A stretch of 64,000 nt of DNA, from NCBI GenBank assembly GCA_000165425.1, contig CT868463.1, positions 124,001 to 188,000 of the forward strand, given 5' to 3'. Of this stretch, positions 13,542 through 26,939 are shown piece by piece. Positions within the stretch are counted from its first letter, which is position 1. Every line of letters starts with the position of its first letter. The DNA comes from Paramecium tetraurelia (taxonomy: Eukaryota). Both the position numbers and the translations under genes were made by a program. The notes below the pieces were generated by a model, which was given only the letters and a program-made list of their open reading frames with translations, was not told the DNA's origin and did not search any database.

Positions 13542-14297
13542 GAATATTTATTTGTTTATAAAAACACTTATAACTTTGTTTAATTATTTTAAATATCTAA
13601 ATTATTGATATATCATGAATCTAATTAAAGTGAGGTTATCTTAAAATAAAAAAAGGACTTAGGGTAATGTATTAATATATTGCTGAATTTGGTAATCTTT
13701 GGATTTCTCACAACTCTTTAATTTGAATGAATAACAGAATATCATTTCGACAATCTAATCTATAAAAATGAAATCAATATTTGATTTATGGAAAAAACAA
13801 CATAAGCGGCTAATAAAGGTAATGATATATTTCCAATTTTTAAGTACATCAATTAAGTACGTTTAAAATCACACTTTTTATTAGTAGGGACAATAATAAT
13901 TAGAAAAGTCAATCTTTTGATTTCATCTTAAATATAATATAAATTAATTTCAATTGAATAGAATATGAATCATGTATAAATATAACTATAAGTTGCATTA
14001 TCAAATTTATTCTTTAATGAATAATTAAAAATAATAATTGCTTGAATTTTTATCTCTTCATTTCAAAAATTTATTAAAATTAACCTTATCAGTTTTGAAT
14101 TTTTGATTATATAAAATAATTGTAGAAAAATTTATATATTTAAGATAAAATAACAAAACTCTTCTATCCTTAATGATTGCTTATAAAGTATTTGTTTCAA
14201 ATTGTATTACGATAGAATATTGATGAATATTCAACTGAATTTTCTTAGTATGCATCAAAACATGAATTAATTATGGTTTTTTAATATAAATTTGTGT

Positions 14298-15715
14298 ATG
14301 AAATAACTTAAAATAAATAATCAATACTTTACACAAAAGAGAATTTCGTAAGGATCATTTGGGGTCGTTATGTAAGGGTATGATTAAAGGAATGGTAAAA
14401 TGGTGGCCATAAAAATAGAAAGACCAGAAAATGAACATCTGCATTCATTAGATCGAGAGGTGGAAATTTTATCAAGGTTATAAAATATTAAGGGAATCCC
14501 AAAATTACTGTATTATGGAACTTAAGAGAACTATAATACAATAGTGATGGAATTGCTGTAAAAAGACATGTCCTCCTTAATAAAGCAAAGGAAAAAAATT
14601 AGTTTAAAGTCTATACTTTAAATCACGATTTAGCTACTTTCAATTCTCGAAGAAATACATAAATAGGGAGTGCTGCATAGAGATTTAAAGCCTGAAAATA
14701 TAATGTTGGATGAATAGAATGCTATTTATCTAATAGATTTTGGGATAAGCAAAATATTTTAACGAAAAAATGGAGACCTTATGTAAATATTTTCATATAA
14801 GACAAGTCCTTTTAAGGAGAAGGTGCCTTTTGTTGGGACTGCTCGATACGCGTCAATTGCAGCTCACAAAGGACAAGAGTTAAGTCGAAAGGATGATATC
14901 GAATCATTATTCTATGTTATGATCTTCTGCTTAAAAGGGTATTAATGGTTTTGATCATTAGATTAGTACTTTACCATGGCAGAACTTAAGGCACATTCCA
15001 GATGATCAAAGAACCCAGAAAATAGGAGAGTTGAAAGAAACAATTGATCCTAAAGTTCTCTTTAAAGATTTGCCAAACGAGTTTATCAAAATTTACGAGT
15101 AATATAAATTTAGGTAATAATAGATATTTAAGAAAATTAACATTCAACGTTGAACCCGATTATAAAACAATAATTAAATTATTATAATAAGCAGCGAAAC
15201 ATTTAAATATACTTTTAGACTATAGATACGAATGGGACACCTAAAATAATTATCAAGAGTTAATTGTGAATAGATTTGGATCTCTATAGCCTGAAGAGAC
15301 TTAGATTAAGAACTATGAAAAATTTTAATCCAATATCAACAATAATTAGAATAATCATGTAAAACCAAGTCAATTACAACTTCCCATGATGAAATTAGAA
15401 TCAAATTAAACAAGCAACAGTAATTATGGAAGTGGGAATTATAATAATAGTATTTATAATTCAGTGGGAATCATTTACTCTCTGTCTAATGAAGAAATAA
15501 GTGAAGAATTGTAAGAACCAATTCCAGATGAATAAGAAAGCTAAATCTTTATCAATGTTTAAGCATTTCCTGATCATTTGAAAAAGCCTCATCAATAGAG
15601 GAGTAATATACAGAGTGAAGAGGAGTTCTAAATTATTGAAGACAATCTATTATCTGATAAATACTAAAAATTAAACGCATAAGTTACTTGTAATATGCAG
15701 ATTCATAAAAAATGA
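14298..15715 (+). CDS. casein kinase 1 family Ser/Thr kinase
   Basis: QGSFG, VAIKIE, HRDLKPEN, LIDFGISK, FVGTARYASIAAHKGQELSRKDDIES, LPWQ. Confidence 0.95.
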
Positions 15716-15807
15716 TTTCCTATTTTTAAATTAACTGCTTCATTATTCTATATTTTGGCGAAATTCTTAAATTAAATCATTTGTTAAAAATAAAAATCAA
15801 AAATTCA

Positions 15808-16492
15808 TCAGCAACATGAAGATTTCTAATTTCCATTAGATTGTTTAATAACTGGCTACACTTCAGACATCTGACCTAATTTAATCCCATTTTATGGATC
15901 ATCTAAATCTATTTCCTTATTCTTAATTTTCATATAAATTCGTTGTACTAAGGTTTCAAAAGCTTGTATAACATTTTCCCCTGTTCTTGCTGATGTTTCT
16001 AAATATAAACAGCCAATTTATTGAGCCAGTTATTGTCCTTCATCTTGAGAAACTTCCCTTCCCCACTAATCAATTTTATTTCCAACAATCATTATCTCGG
16101 CTGATGAATCTTGCTTTACCTCATTTAACCAATTAATGAGATGATGGAATGTTTTTTTCTTTGTCACATCATAAACTAATAGACATGCAATTGATCTAAA
16201 TATTGAATTAATTTCCCTTACCCTCTATAATATGCTCTTGTAATCGACCTAAATGACTCTTAACCTGCCTAAATAATATTATGAAGTTTACAGTATCCCA
16301 AATATTGATTCTAATAACGCTGTCTTTATAAATGATGTCTTTCTATCCAAATCCTATTCCAACTGTTGAATCAATGTTATTTTTAAATTAACCTTCGATA
16401 AATTATTGGAGTAAACAACTTTTTCCAACTCCAGAATTGCCGACAATGATAAATTTAAAACTATAATGGTAATTACATTGTTATTTATTCAT
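15808..16492 (-). CDS. Rab GTPase (Rab2/4/14-like)
   Basis: [46 protein letters not shown], C-terminal SCC prenylation motif; two tiny introns. Confidence 0.95.
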
Positions 16493-16530
16493 AATAATAC
16501 AAATAAAATTTGTTAATAAAATAAATAAAA

Positions 16531-17352
16531 ATGAATCCAAATACACCATTCAACGAACGATTTGCTAAAATCTCTGAAAAACTCAGTTCAATCTAATTGC
16601 ATCACGATAGTTCCAAAGCTCATCGTATAGATGTTGTTTGTGGACGTGTTTCTGGTGTAGAAGAGAGAATCCAGGATACAATTACATCTTATAACAGAAA
16701 ATTAGTACATATTTTTATCTCATTTCAGCATTCTCTTAAGGATGAAATTGTGAGATTGCAAAAATAGATTGAAGAGGAAAACAATGCTTTTGAGACACAA
16801 TTCGAACAAAGAGTGAGAGAAGTTGCTGCTTTTGAAAGTCGTATAACGACTAAATTGGAACAAGAGATTTCAATTAGAAAGGATGGCAATCTTAAATTAT
16901 AAGGCTACTTGGATGAAAAAGTACTCATATTTAATAAACCTAGGTTGTCTACTTAAAATCAGATATTTAGACAGAGAGTAAAATTAGATAGGAATAAATT
17001 GAAAATATTACTACTTCATTAGAAAATGATTTACCAAAATTATATGATTTGGTGAAGACTGAAGGGCAAGATAGAGAAGACAGTGATAATGGCACTTTAA
17101 GAAGAGCAGGAGATGAAATCAAGAGATTAAATGAAGGATTGTCGAATTAAAAGAAATTAAGGTATTTATTAGATATAAAATAAAAATAGAGAGGAATCAG
17201 AAGCAGCAATATTTGAGATGCTCAAGGATTTGGTTTCAAGAGTAAAGAGTGAAATTGAAGAAGAGAAAAAATTAAGAGAAGAGAGCCAAGAGAATTTGTT
17301 AGGTTTGCTGGAAGATGCATGCAATAAAATTTATAGAGCTGCAAAAGATTGA
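16531..17352 (+). CDS. SF-assemblin/beta-giardin family striated-fibre protein
   Basis: Short Pro-containing head then a long coiled coil with periodic E-x3-R-E motifs, ending EEEKKLREESQENLLGLLEDACNKI; three tiny introns. Confidence 0.85.
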
Positions 17353-17519
17353 TATTTATTATAATCTATTATTATTATTTATAAATTTTAATTATGATGT
17401 TGTTCTTGGATATTATGTAAATTTAATTATAAATTCAACTGTTCCAATGAGTATCCTAATTGAAATAACAAACCAATATAAATTATAATTGAAATAGATA
17501 TTAATAAACATAAAAAGGA

Positions 17520-18493
17520 TCAAAAAATAGATTTCCACCATGTTCTTGAATGTTTTCTATCTTCGCTTTTTTTTTCAAAATTAAAATTAGTTTCTTAAGA
17601 AAAATGAACTCTTTTCTTTTTGAATAATTTTGATTTTGCCTATGTTTTATTAGGCAAACTTTTCGAAGTTAATGATAATGGAATCTTATGTTATTTAAGT
17701 ATCCCTTTCTTTTTGCTATTGCAGCTACAACTGTTGTCTTCTATATAATAATTACTTATGATCTTCTCAAAAGCCTTTTTTTGATGATGTTGATTTTGTG
17801 TAGAGTATTTGAGAGGATCTGTTTTATTGACAGTTGACTGAATGTTGGATTACTTTTCAGATGATAACATCAATGAACTTGATTAAAGAGATGCAAATTG
17901 AGAGTCTTTAGATTCTTTTGAAGCATCCTTATTAGGTGATATTTATTATTTTTAATTAAACTTTTATGAATTTTCTAAATAATTATTTTAAGATTTAGAG
18001 ATTAATTCAGATTTTATTTTTTAAAATTCTAATTGTTTCCTAACAATATCGTTTATAATGAATCTTTGTCGCTCCTCTTATTCTTCTTGCTTTCTATTTA
18101 GTTTTATTATGATAAATACATTTCTTGTATTCTAGCCTTGACTTCGATCTCTAAATCCTCCATAAATCTATTTTATCTTTATTTAACAGTTGATTCATTA
18201 ATGTATTTAGTTGTTACAAAAACTGGAAGTAACTCTATTTCAATGTTGCTAGCAATGAATTCATTTTTTGGATCAGATTGAGTATGTAAAATATTATCTG
18301 AATAATCTTATTCTCGATGAAAATGAGTAGCAGGAAAGGTTGATGATTCCCCTTGACGAGAACTAGAAGCTGATCGATTTCGATTAATGTTTCTTTCAGT
18401 TTTTTGGTGTTCAAAGTTTAATTCTAGTGTGCTTCCCTCATATCTCAAACCATTTCCACATTTAACTTCACATTTAGCTGGACATCCCCCCAT
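17520..18493 (-). CDS. hypothetical low-complexity protein with N-terminal MGGC and an RVxF motif
   Basis: MGGCPAKC start (possible acylation); Ser-rich middle; KGILK...KKRVHFS near the C-terminus; ends WWKSIF-TGA. Confidence 0.7.
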
Positions 18494-19099
18494 TATTATA
18501 ATTAATTAATATTAATTCAACATGAAGATTAATAATTTAATTGCAACAAAATACAACCCTAGAAGTATTGTTGATAAACTATGACTTCTGATTTCTGAGA
18601 CTCTAAAATGTCTTAAGTAAGTACAGCCATGCATTTGCCTAAATTTGGATCAAAAATATTTTGTGGATAATTATGAATTTACAGGATATGTCAATATGAA
18701 CATTTGTAACTACTAAAAAATTAATTGTACCAACCAACCAAAAGGTGTAGTCAAAGATAAAGACCCGTATATGCAAAATCTAATTATTTAATTCTACATT
18801 AAATATTAGCAATATTTTATTTAATTCAAAACCACTTAATTCTGAACAAATTATATAAATTTATCCTCTTCAATTAACTAGTCGAAGTGAGAATATCTAT
18901 TTGAAATCATTTTTGCAATTTATAAGATACAATTTTAATTAAGACTAAAATACAATTTGGCTCTTTTATAATCAACATGGTTTTGTGTTGGATCGTTAAT
19001 TTTTACTTTCAGTAATTATGTATTTTGATTAAAAATTAAATGGTATTAGAATTAGAATTCAGAATCTATCCTTTGCGAATTTAATCTTTAACTTTATGT

Positions 19100-20400
19100 T
19101 GACAATTATAATTATTATTGATAATATTCATATCAAATCCTTTTCCAGATCCTATATTGGTATCCCTTATTAAATTTTTATCAAATAATAATAAATAATT
19201 TTTTGGATCATTATATTTATACCTTCTTTTAGATATCCCAGTATTTTATCACCTGTGATCTTTAAGTGGAATAAAAACTCTCCAATAATTTCTCAAACTC
19301 AAACATCATTTATAAAAATACAATGATGTTAAATTATTGAAATTTAAGGACAAATATCAATAATTGATTTAGTCTGATTCTTTGTCAATAAATGACTGGA
19401 TATTAACGCAGAAACACTGATATTTGTTTCGAGTAATAAATAAATTTAAACTGCAAAACAGAAGACACTTTAAATAAATGATAATAAAATAACTACCAAT
19501 ATTTAGTAAATATCCCATTTTTTCTTTGTAATAATTTCTTATAATATCTGCATAAATACCTTCAAAAGATCATTCATAGTTAGTAGTCATGTTTAATAAT
19601 CTTAATATTTTAATTTTCCTCCGCATATCTTACAACTATTAGTATTAATTTTATAAAAAAATTCATCAAGTTCCCTTACTATTTAATTCCCTATTATTTA
19701 TTTTTATAGATTCCCTTAACAACAAGAATATGCATAAGAATCCTCTTGTATAAAATAAACAAATGTTGTTAGTATTATAAATATAGGATTTTTATTTTAA
19801 ATAAATCAAAATATTAGTAGGATCAAATGTTGTAGTTTTTATCAACTCCAATAGATGCTATCTCTTATTATGTTTGGCTGAATAAACCAATAAAAGCAGT
19901 ATTTGAGGATAATAATTCAATTGCTTAATTTTATTTACTTTTTCCATCCTTATGGATAGAACATAGAATTAATAGAAATGCTTATCCATCAAAATAGGAA
20001 TACATCAAAAAATGTCTACTTCATTTGGCATTTTATCCTATGACAGTTATATTTATCAATGCATTTACAAAGAATTTATTTTTAAGTGATAGTGTGAAAG
20101 ATATCTACTAATCCAGAGGATTTTTTGGACTTTTTTCAGGATTTCATTATTAGTTGATGATGCAATTTTTATCAATAATCTAAAATTATGTTTTTGTGGA
20201 GAATAATAAGATCGGATATTTAAGAATTGGATATTGGATGGTATTTTAAGTGTTTAACGTTCCACTTCAAATCTTATTTTTATCTTTAAGACTTAAGTCT
20301 ATTACTGGAACATCAGAACTCCTCAATATTGGATTTGGTTGGCTCTGTGGTTTAGCGAGTTAATTTATTAAATAGATTAAATCCTTGAAACAAGAATTGG
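19100..20400 (-). pseudogene. decayed gene remnant, possibly WD40-like
   Basis: Coding-like fragments in changing frames with repeated TGA. One fragment, IASIGVDKNYNI*SY (TGA at 19823-19825), has the stop where a WD40 Trp is expected. Confidence 0.35.
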
Positions 20401-20465
20401 CCATAGCTAAGGACGATAGATCAAGAAAGTTTATAGGTGGATGACTATAATAGAAATATGTATAT

Positions 20466-22114
20466 TCATAATAATTATAATTCTTCCATTAAATGATTTA
20501 TATGACCATCCCTAAGATTCTTAGCCATAATTTCAATGTATTAGTTCATAAAAATATCCTAAAATACTTATCTAATATACTTGAGTCTTAACATCAGGAA
20601 TGATGTTTCTGATGAATTTGAGACAACTTTAAATCTTAGGTGGTAATTAGATTTTAGCAAATTCCAACCCTTATGCTGCACACATTAATTCAATAGCAAT
20701 AATGTATTCTGCATTTTAAACAATTTGCAATCCTTTTCTAGCACTATAGGCTCCCATAGATACGTGATCTTCTATATTGGCAGAAGTTGGAACAGTATCA
20801 ATGCAACTAGGATGGCTAAGTACTTTATTTTCAGAAACTAATGCAGCACTAGTATATTGAGGAATCATGTATCCATTCAATAATCCTCCTTTTGAAGTTA
20901 GAAACATTGGTAATCCACAATCCCCAATTTCAGAATTAACCAATCTTTCTTGTCTTCTCTATTGATAATAAGTGTAATCATCTTACCTCACTAAAGATAC
21001 AAAGTCTTTACAAGGCTATGCACATATTATCAGCCAACATTCCCATATATTCACCATGGAAATTACCACCAGATCTTGCTGATTATCGTTCATTATCAAT
21101 AATTGGATTATCACTTGTTGAATTGATCTCTCTTTCTACAATTCTTAGATTCTCTTCAATAGACTATCTAATAATTTAATGTGTAGTAAATGCAGTCTAT
21201 ATACTTTTAGGATTAGTTTTGATTTGATCTGCCCATTCTTCACCAATTAAACTGAATACTATATTTTTTGATTTGTTATCACTCTTAGAGTAATTTCTTA
21301 AGAAACGATAATTAGCTAATGAATAATAACCAAATGTTACTCTATAAAGCATAACTTGTTAATCCCAAAGCTAAATCTGCAGCATTCATAACGTATTGTG
21401 ATCTCATCAATGTTTCTAAGTTTATTGCAGCCATCATTTGAGTTCCGTTATTCATAGCCAATCCTTCCTTCTCCATGAATTCTAAAGGTTCAAAATTATG
21501 CATTTTTAAAGCCTATTCTGCAGGTATATACTATCCATCATTCCAAATCTCTCCAATTCCCATGAGTCCTAATGCTAAATGTGATAATGGTGCAAGATCT
21601 CCTGATGCTCCGACTGACCCTTGACATGGAACCTTGGGAATAAGCTTCTTATTTATTGCTTATTGCAGAGATTCAATAAGAGACATCCTTACACCAGAAA
21701 ACCCTCTGATTAAACAATTTAATCTCAAAATCATCATTACCAAAACTATATTTGGTTATAATGGTTCTCCAACACACGAGGCATGAGATACAATCAAGTT
21801 CTTTTATAAATCGACCATTTCCTAATGAGGGATGTAAATCTGATTAGTTAAATTCATAATTACTTCTTTGAATTTCCCAAATCCTGTACTGATACCATAA
21901 ATTGGTATTTTCTTTTAAACAATCAGATCAACTGTATTTCTGGATTGCAGTATATGCTAATTTATCACTATAATAATTACGTTTTTAACATGGTCCTAAA
22001 TTTCAACAACAACATCTAAATTTCCTGATAAAATGTCCTTCAGATCATTAATAGACAAATTTACTCCATCCTAATAATTGAAATATTGAATACAAGAACT
22101 AACACTTTTTTCAT
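20466..22114 (-). CDS. HAL: histidine ammonia-lyase
   Basis: [35 protein letters not shown] (MIO-forming ASG), [59 protein letters not shown]. Confidence 0.95.
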
Positions 22115-22491
22115 TCAAAATTTAATTATAATAATTTATATGATTTGTTTGCATGAATTAAATTTTAGGAATATTTGATACAATTAAACAATATTAGAAA
22201 CCTTATTTATCATAAGTCTAAATTGATTTCAGGTCTTAATATCATAATCTCTTAACTTTTTTAATTTATTAAATAAGATTGCAAAGATCAATATATAAAT
22301 ATGGTAAGCTTTCTAAGATTTTACTTTCATTCAATGATAGATAAGTGTTATTATTTAATTTTATTATGCCAAACAATAAATTAATTACTGCTATATTACT
22401 CAGAAATTTTCAATAATTCTGCTCATAATTTCATGAATACTTCTTAAGTAAGAATATAGAAAAAAGAATTTAAAAAATATTAATTATTATA

Positions 22492-23217
22492 ATGAGTATT
22501 ATATTACCTATTGTGTCTGCAGTAGGATTTCTTGCTTCAATAGTTGCATTTGGTATAAGCGTGGAGTACGATAATTTTCTAATGATTTTAGTTTAAAAAT
22601 ACAATTGGGATCGATGTCCTTAGACATTAGTCGAACAGCATTCTTCAGAACAAGGGAAATCTATGCTTCCTAGATTCCGTACTTGGAAGTAAATATCTAA
22701 ATTAAAATATCTTAGGCAGTTGCGTTCTCTATATTTCTATTTATAGTCATCGTAAGAGTTATAGAATACTTTAAAATGTAATTTGCGACAAAAACTAATT
22801 AGTGACTACAAGATGGTAACAAGTATGAATGATGATGAACCTGAAATCTATTATTTAACAAGGGCTAAATTATAATAAGCATTGGAATGGAGTAATATAG
22901 CTGTGACTTAAGCGTTTATCATTTTGACTTTAGTATGAATAACTTTAAATTAGGCATTAGCTTTATCAATAGGAATAGTATTTAGTTCAAATGGTCATTT
23001 TTATGCCTAAGAGTTGATAAAGAAATTCATAAAACTTGAGACACTATCAGATTCGGATAAGTATGTTATATAATTCGAGAGTTAGAAATACTTTATCAGA
23101 ACTAGATTCCTAATCCACCAAATTCATTGTCATCATTGCACTTAATTCATTAGCCTTAGCGTGTGTGTTCCTATAATTTTTAATAATAATAATAAAAAAG
23201 TTGAGATTATGAATTGA
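22492..23217 (+). CDS. multi-pass (about 4 TM) membrane protein, unknown function
   Basis: Hydrophobic segments IILPIVSAVGFLASIVAFGI, AVAFLYISIYSH, AFIILTLALALSIGIVF, IVIIALNSLALACVFL; tiny introns. Confidence 0.7.
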
Positions 23218-23406
23218 CATTCATTAATTGCACAATTTTTTCGTTCTTTTAAACAAGATTGGGGGAGAGAACATAGTTATTATATTTTTTAGTTTATTTA
23301 ATTGTTGTTTAATTCCTTATATATATTTGTTGTTTAAATTGTAGATAAATATTATTACTCTAATTTGGAGTAGCAAATAATAAATATTATAACAAAAATT
23401 GAAATA

Positions 23407-24059
23407 ATGTCAACAAGTGGTGAGTATCCGCCTGTTAGATAATGTTTCAATTAATACTGCCAAAGTTCTTTTGATTTGAAAGTAGCCAAATTTTCTGATT
23501 CTACTATCCTCTTATGTGGTACTTGCTATGAACTTTACAAGAGAAGGAAGTGTTGCTACTTTTGTGCTCAGGTGTATAAGGATGACGAATAGAATTTCCT
23601 GGATGGCAAGAAGTGGGTTTAATGTGATAATCAACGATGTGGGAAATGGGTATAATAATTATCAAGATTTTATTAGACACACATCGATTGCGAAGTTTCA
23701 GACATTGAATCGTAATTGTAACATAAAAGTTTCAGATACAAATGTCCTTGGTGTAGGATTGAGAAAGATAAAAAGAAAAAGCAGTCATAGCCCACAAAAT
23801 CATTAATAAATTAAGATCAAGCAGATCAGTCTGATCAAGATCCAGAATATGTGCATTCTTTGACAAAAAAGGCTTCATTGGAAGAAGCCATTGTTTAATA
23901 AAACTATGAGCCTTGGTTGAAAAAAAATACATTCTTGGAAGAATTGTTAAAAAAAAATGGTTTCTATTTATTTAATAATTAGGAGAGTTTACTTAGTGCA
24001 TAAATTAAGAGGAACTGTAAAGCGACTTGGTCAAAATGAGGACTTTACTAAAAAAATGA
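23407..24059 (+). CDS. PHD-finger protein
   Basis: CYFC...WVQCDNQRCGKWTHIDC...YKCPWC (C4HC3), preceded by an extra CxxxxC/CxxC cluster; two tiny introns. Confidence 0.88.
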
Positions 24060-24341
24060 TTTAAATTTATTATAGATTGTAAAATTTAGTATTCTCATTT
24101 CTTCCATTTAGAAATTATTTATTACATTCATATAAATCTTGATATTTTCATTATTGTATCATGCAAATCCATTGACTCAATTTTCAGACATTTATGAACA
24201 TTTAATATTATTTTATCTGAATTTAAATTGCCAAAATAACAACTACAACCCAAATTTTATTATGAAAAATAAAAACTAACTTTCTTTTTGCAATAATCTA
24301 AATTTATACTTAAAAAACTTATAATGTTATTTAATTATTCT

Positions 24342-26342
24342 TCACCACTTTTTTTTAAAGAAATCTGTCATTTTGCTTTTAATTCCATTATCTTCTTGGG
24401 GTAATTACTAACCTGTGATTGATTTCTTTATTACAAATCCACTATTTCTACTTTTTTATCCTTCCTCTTATGAATTCCCTGAATTTGCTTCAGCTTCACT
24501 TATTTATTTACTCAGATACTATTTAATTTCAGCTAAACTGATGATTAATTCCTAATGATTTTAACTAAATTGATTATAATATAAAAATACCTATCATTGC
24601 TCTTTTTAATCGCATTAAAGGCTTCATCTATTGTTATACATATATCCTAAACTTGTTATATGGATAATTTAATTTTCATTTACTTCTCTTCCTTATTTTA
24701 ATTTTATTCTCTTTATTATACTTTTTCTTCAACAACAAACTACGACTTTTATGCCTTAGTGTTTGATTACATGATCTTGTCATCAAAGAATACGTATTGT
24801 TACTCTTACTATTTCACAGGCTATTTTTCAACAATTTATGATTATGGTGATTAAGATTGTTCTTCTTCATTTTTTGTAACTTATTATTATTATTATGTTT
24901 ATTTAGGCTATTCTTTACTTTTATTTTTATCTTGTTAAGCTTTAGGATCAGTATCTACTTTATCAGGGACAAAAAATGCAGGATTGATTAATCTTTCCTG
25001 TTTTTCTATTCCTTCAATGTTATCTTCCAAGTTATTAGATGACCTTTAAGATATCAATATACTTCTTATTTATGTTGCTGTATCTAATAAGCTAGAAAGG
25101 TTGGTAATTTTTGGGAATTTCAAGAATCTTTGATAACATTAACTTGATTCTTCACTTTCCATTACTAAATACTTTTAGCTTATATTAAATTACATTGATT
25201 TTTTAAATAAATTATCATAGCAATAGCTATACAGTCTACAAAGAATAATGAATCACACTATTATACTAAGAAATCCTAAAAAATAGCATCCCATGCATGA
25301 AAGGATTCTATTAATGATAATTCTCTAGTAAACATACATCTAAGAATTAATATTAGCTATACCTCATCCATTTTAACAGAAAGATTTGGAATTCAACTTG
25401 AAGTAGCTTCAGATGTCGAAATAAGGGTAAATCCACTTATTTTAATAGAATGTCCTGTAATTTTGCAACTCTCGTCAAAATTGCACTTGGTTTCTTACTT
25501 TAAAGCTTAATTTTTTATTAATCTGTGTAATTAGGTCTAAACATCTCCATATGCTAAGCATCATTCATTAAGGCAGTGAATAAGGAATAAATATCTGGTT
25601 CAGCATACTCCCAAGAGTTAAATTACAAAAGTATATTTATTTCCTCTTCGGTTGCCTACTAATTTTTAAGTAAGTTACTTCTTCGTATTTTTCGACTTCT
25701 TCCTTGTGCAATGCCTCTTTAGTATATATATAAATTAATGAAGCAGCAATCTCATTCATTCCTTATCTATACGATATTTCACTATTCTCTTTACACCAGA
25801 TAAACAATATTGTAGTAAGTATTTGTTAAACTCGTTTTGAAGAGAAGAACTCAAACTCCTGATATGTTCTTTCAACATCTTTTCTGATTTCATTTCTTAG
25901 TTCTGCATTATCAATTGCATTAGAGGACTATTATTTTTATTTGCCACCTCCTAAGGGACCTCCAAGAGGACCTCCGAGTGGTCCCTTTTTAGTTGGCTCT
26001 TCAACTTGATTTTGAGTTGATGCACCAGATGTTTTCAAATGTCTATTTTCTAATGCTTTATAATTATCTCGCAGTTTAGTTAACTTTTCTATTTTTTAAG
26101 TAAATGAATCTTCTTTTGAATATATTCTAGGTTTAGATTAGTTTGAATACCTAAGGAAGAGTCTCCAGATATTGAATCTTTGACCTGAACTCTCTAATTG
26201 ACAATCCTTAATTAATTAATCGACATCTGAGTAGTCATTGTTTATCATATATTTACTAAAATTGACTGCATTAAAATTATGCCCTCTTGAAATATAATAA
26301 ATAGTTGTACATCAAGGTTTTCAAATCCTAAATGTTCTCCAT
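24342..26342 (-). CDS. TBC-domain Rab GTPase-activating protein (TBC1D5-like)
   Basis: IWRLFLG, IRKDVERTYQE (Arg finger), YRQGMNEIAA (Gln finger), LRCMFTRE; Q-rich coiled C-terminus. Confidence 0.92.
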
Positions 26343-26479
26343 CAATTAATGAATTAATATCTAAATTTATTTCAATATAACAGACTCATATTCAATTATA
26401 GATTTTAATATTATACAATAAATAAGTGCAAAGAAAGAGATGTGACTCATAAAATTGAAAAATAAATTTATTAATATTT

Positions 26480-26896
26480 ATGAAATCCTAATATGAAAAA
26501 CTATTTCCTAATTTTAAGCCTCCTTCTAAATTAGACTCAGATATTATCCTAAAAGCAAAATAATATATCTAATAAAGATAAAAGAAGATGTGTTTAATGC
26601 CTAGAAAAGCCTGTAATGAATCAAAGTATACATTATTAAGTCCAAAATAAACTATTCATATACCATCTATAATCACTGTTTCACTTTCAAATCAGTTGTA
26701 GTATCAAAGACCTCTAAAAAGCTATGAAAAATCAAGAGTTTCTACAGCTCGTTCAAAAAAAAGTGTTCCAAAACTTGATATAAAAAGTTTGAACTTTGGA
26801 AAAGCGAAAATGTTTTTTGAATAGAAATTAGAATTAAGAAGCTAAAATAATTCAAAAAATGATTTTTCATTGATTTCTCCATGGTCAAATAGATGA
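26480..26896 (+). CDS. hypothetical basic protein (138 aa)
   Basis: Clean ATG-TGA frame with the ciliate code, ending LISPWSNR. Confidence 0.6.
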
Positions 26897-26939
26897 TTGT
26901 GTGATAATTAAATAGTTGTTATAATAAATCACAAAATAA

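Noticed and set aside
13560..14290. Possible small gene between DnaJ and CK1
   Set aside because: Only short low-complexity frames, and no consistent spliced model on either strand.
611..22114. Metabolic cluster of DAHP synthase and ammonia-lyase (aromatic secondary metabolism)
   Set aside because: They are about 19 kb apart with unrelated genes between, and the lyase has the HAL-type SH specificity motif (LIVSHA) rather than a PAL/TAL one.
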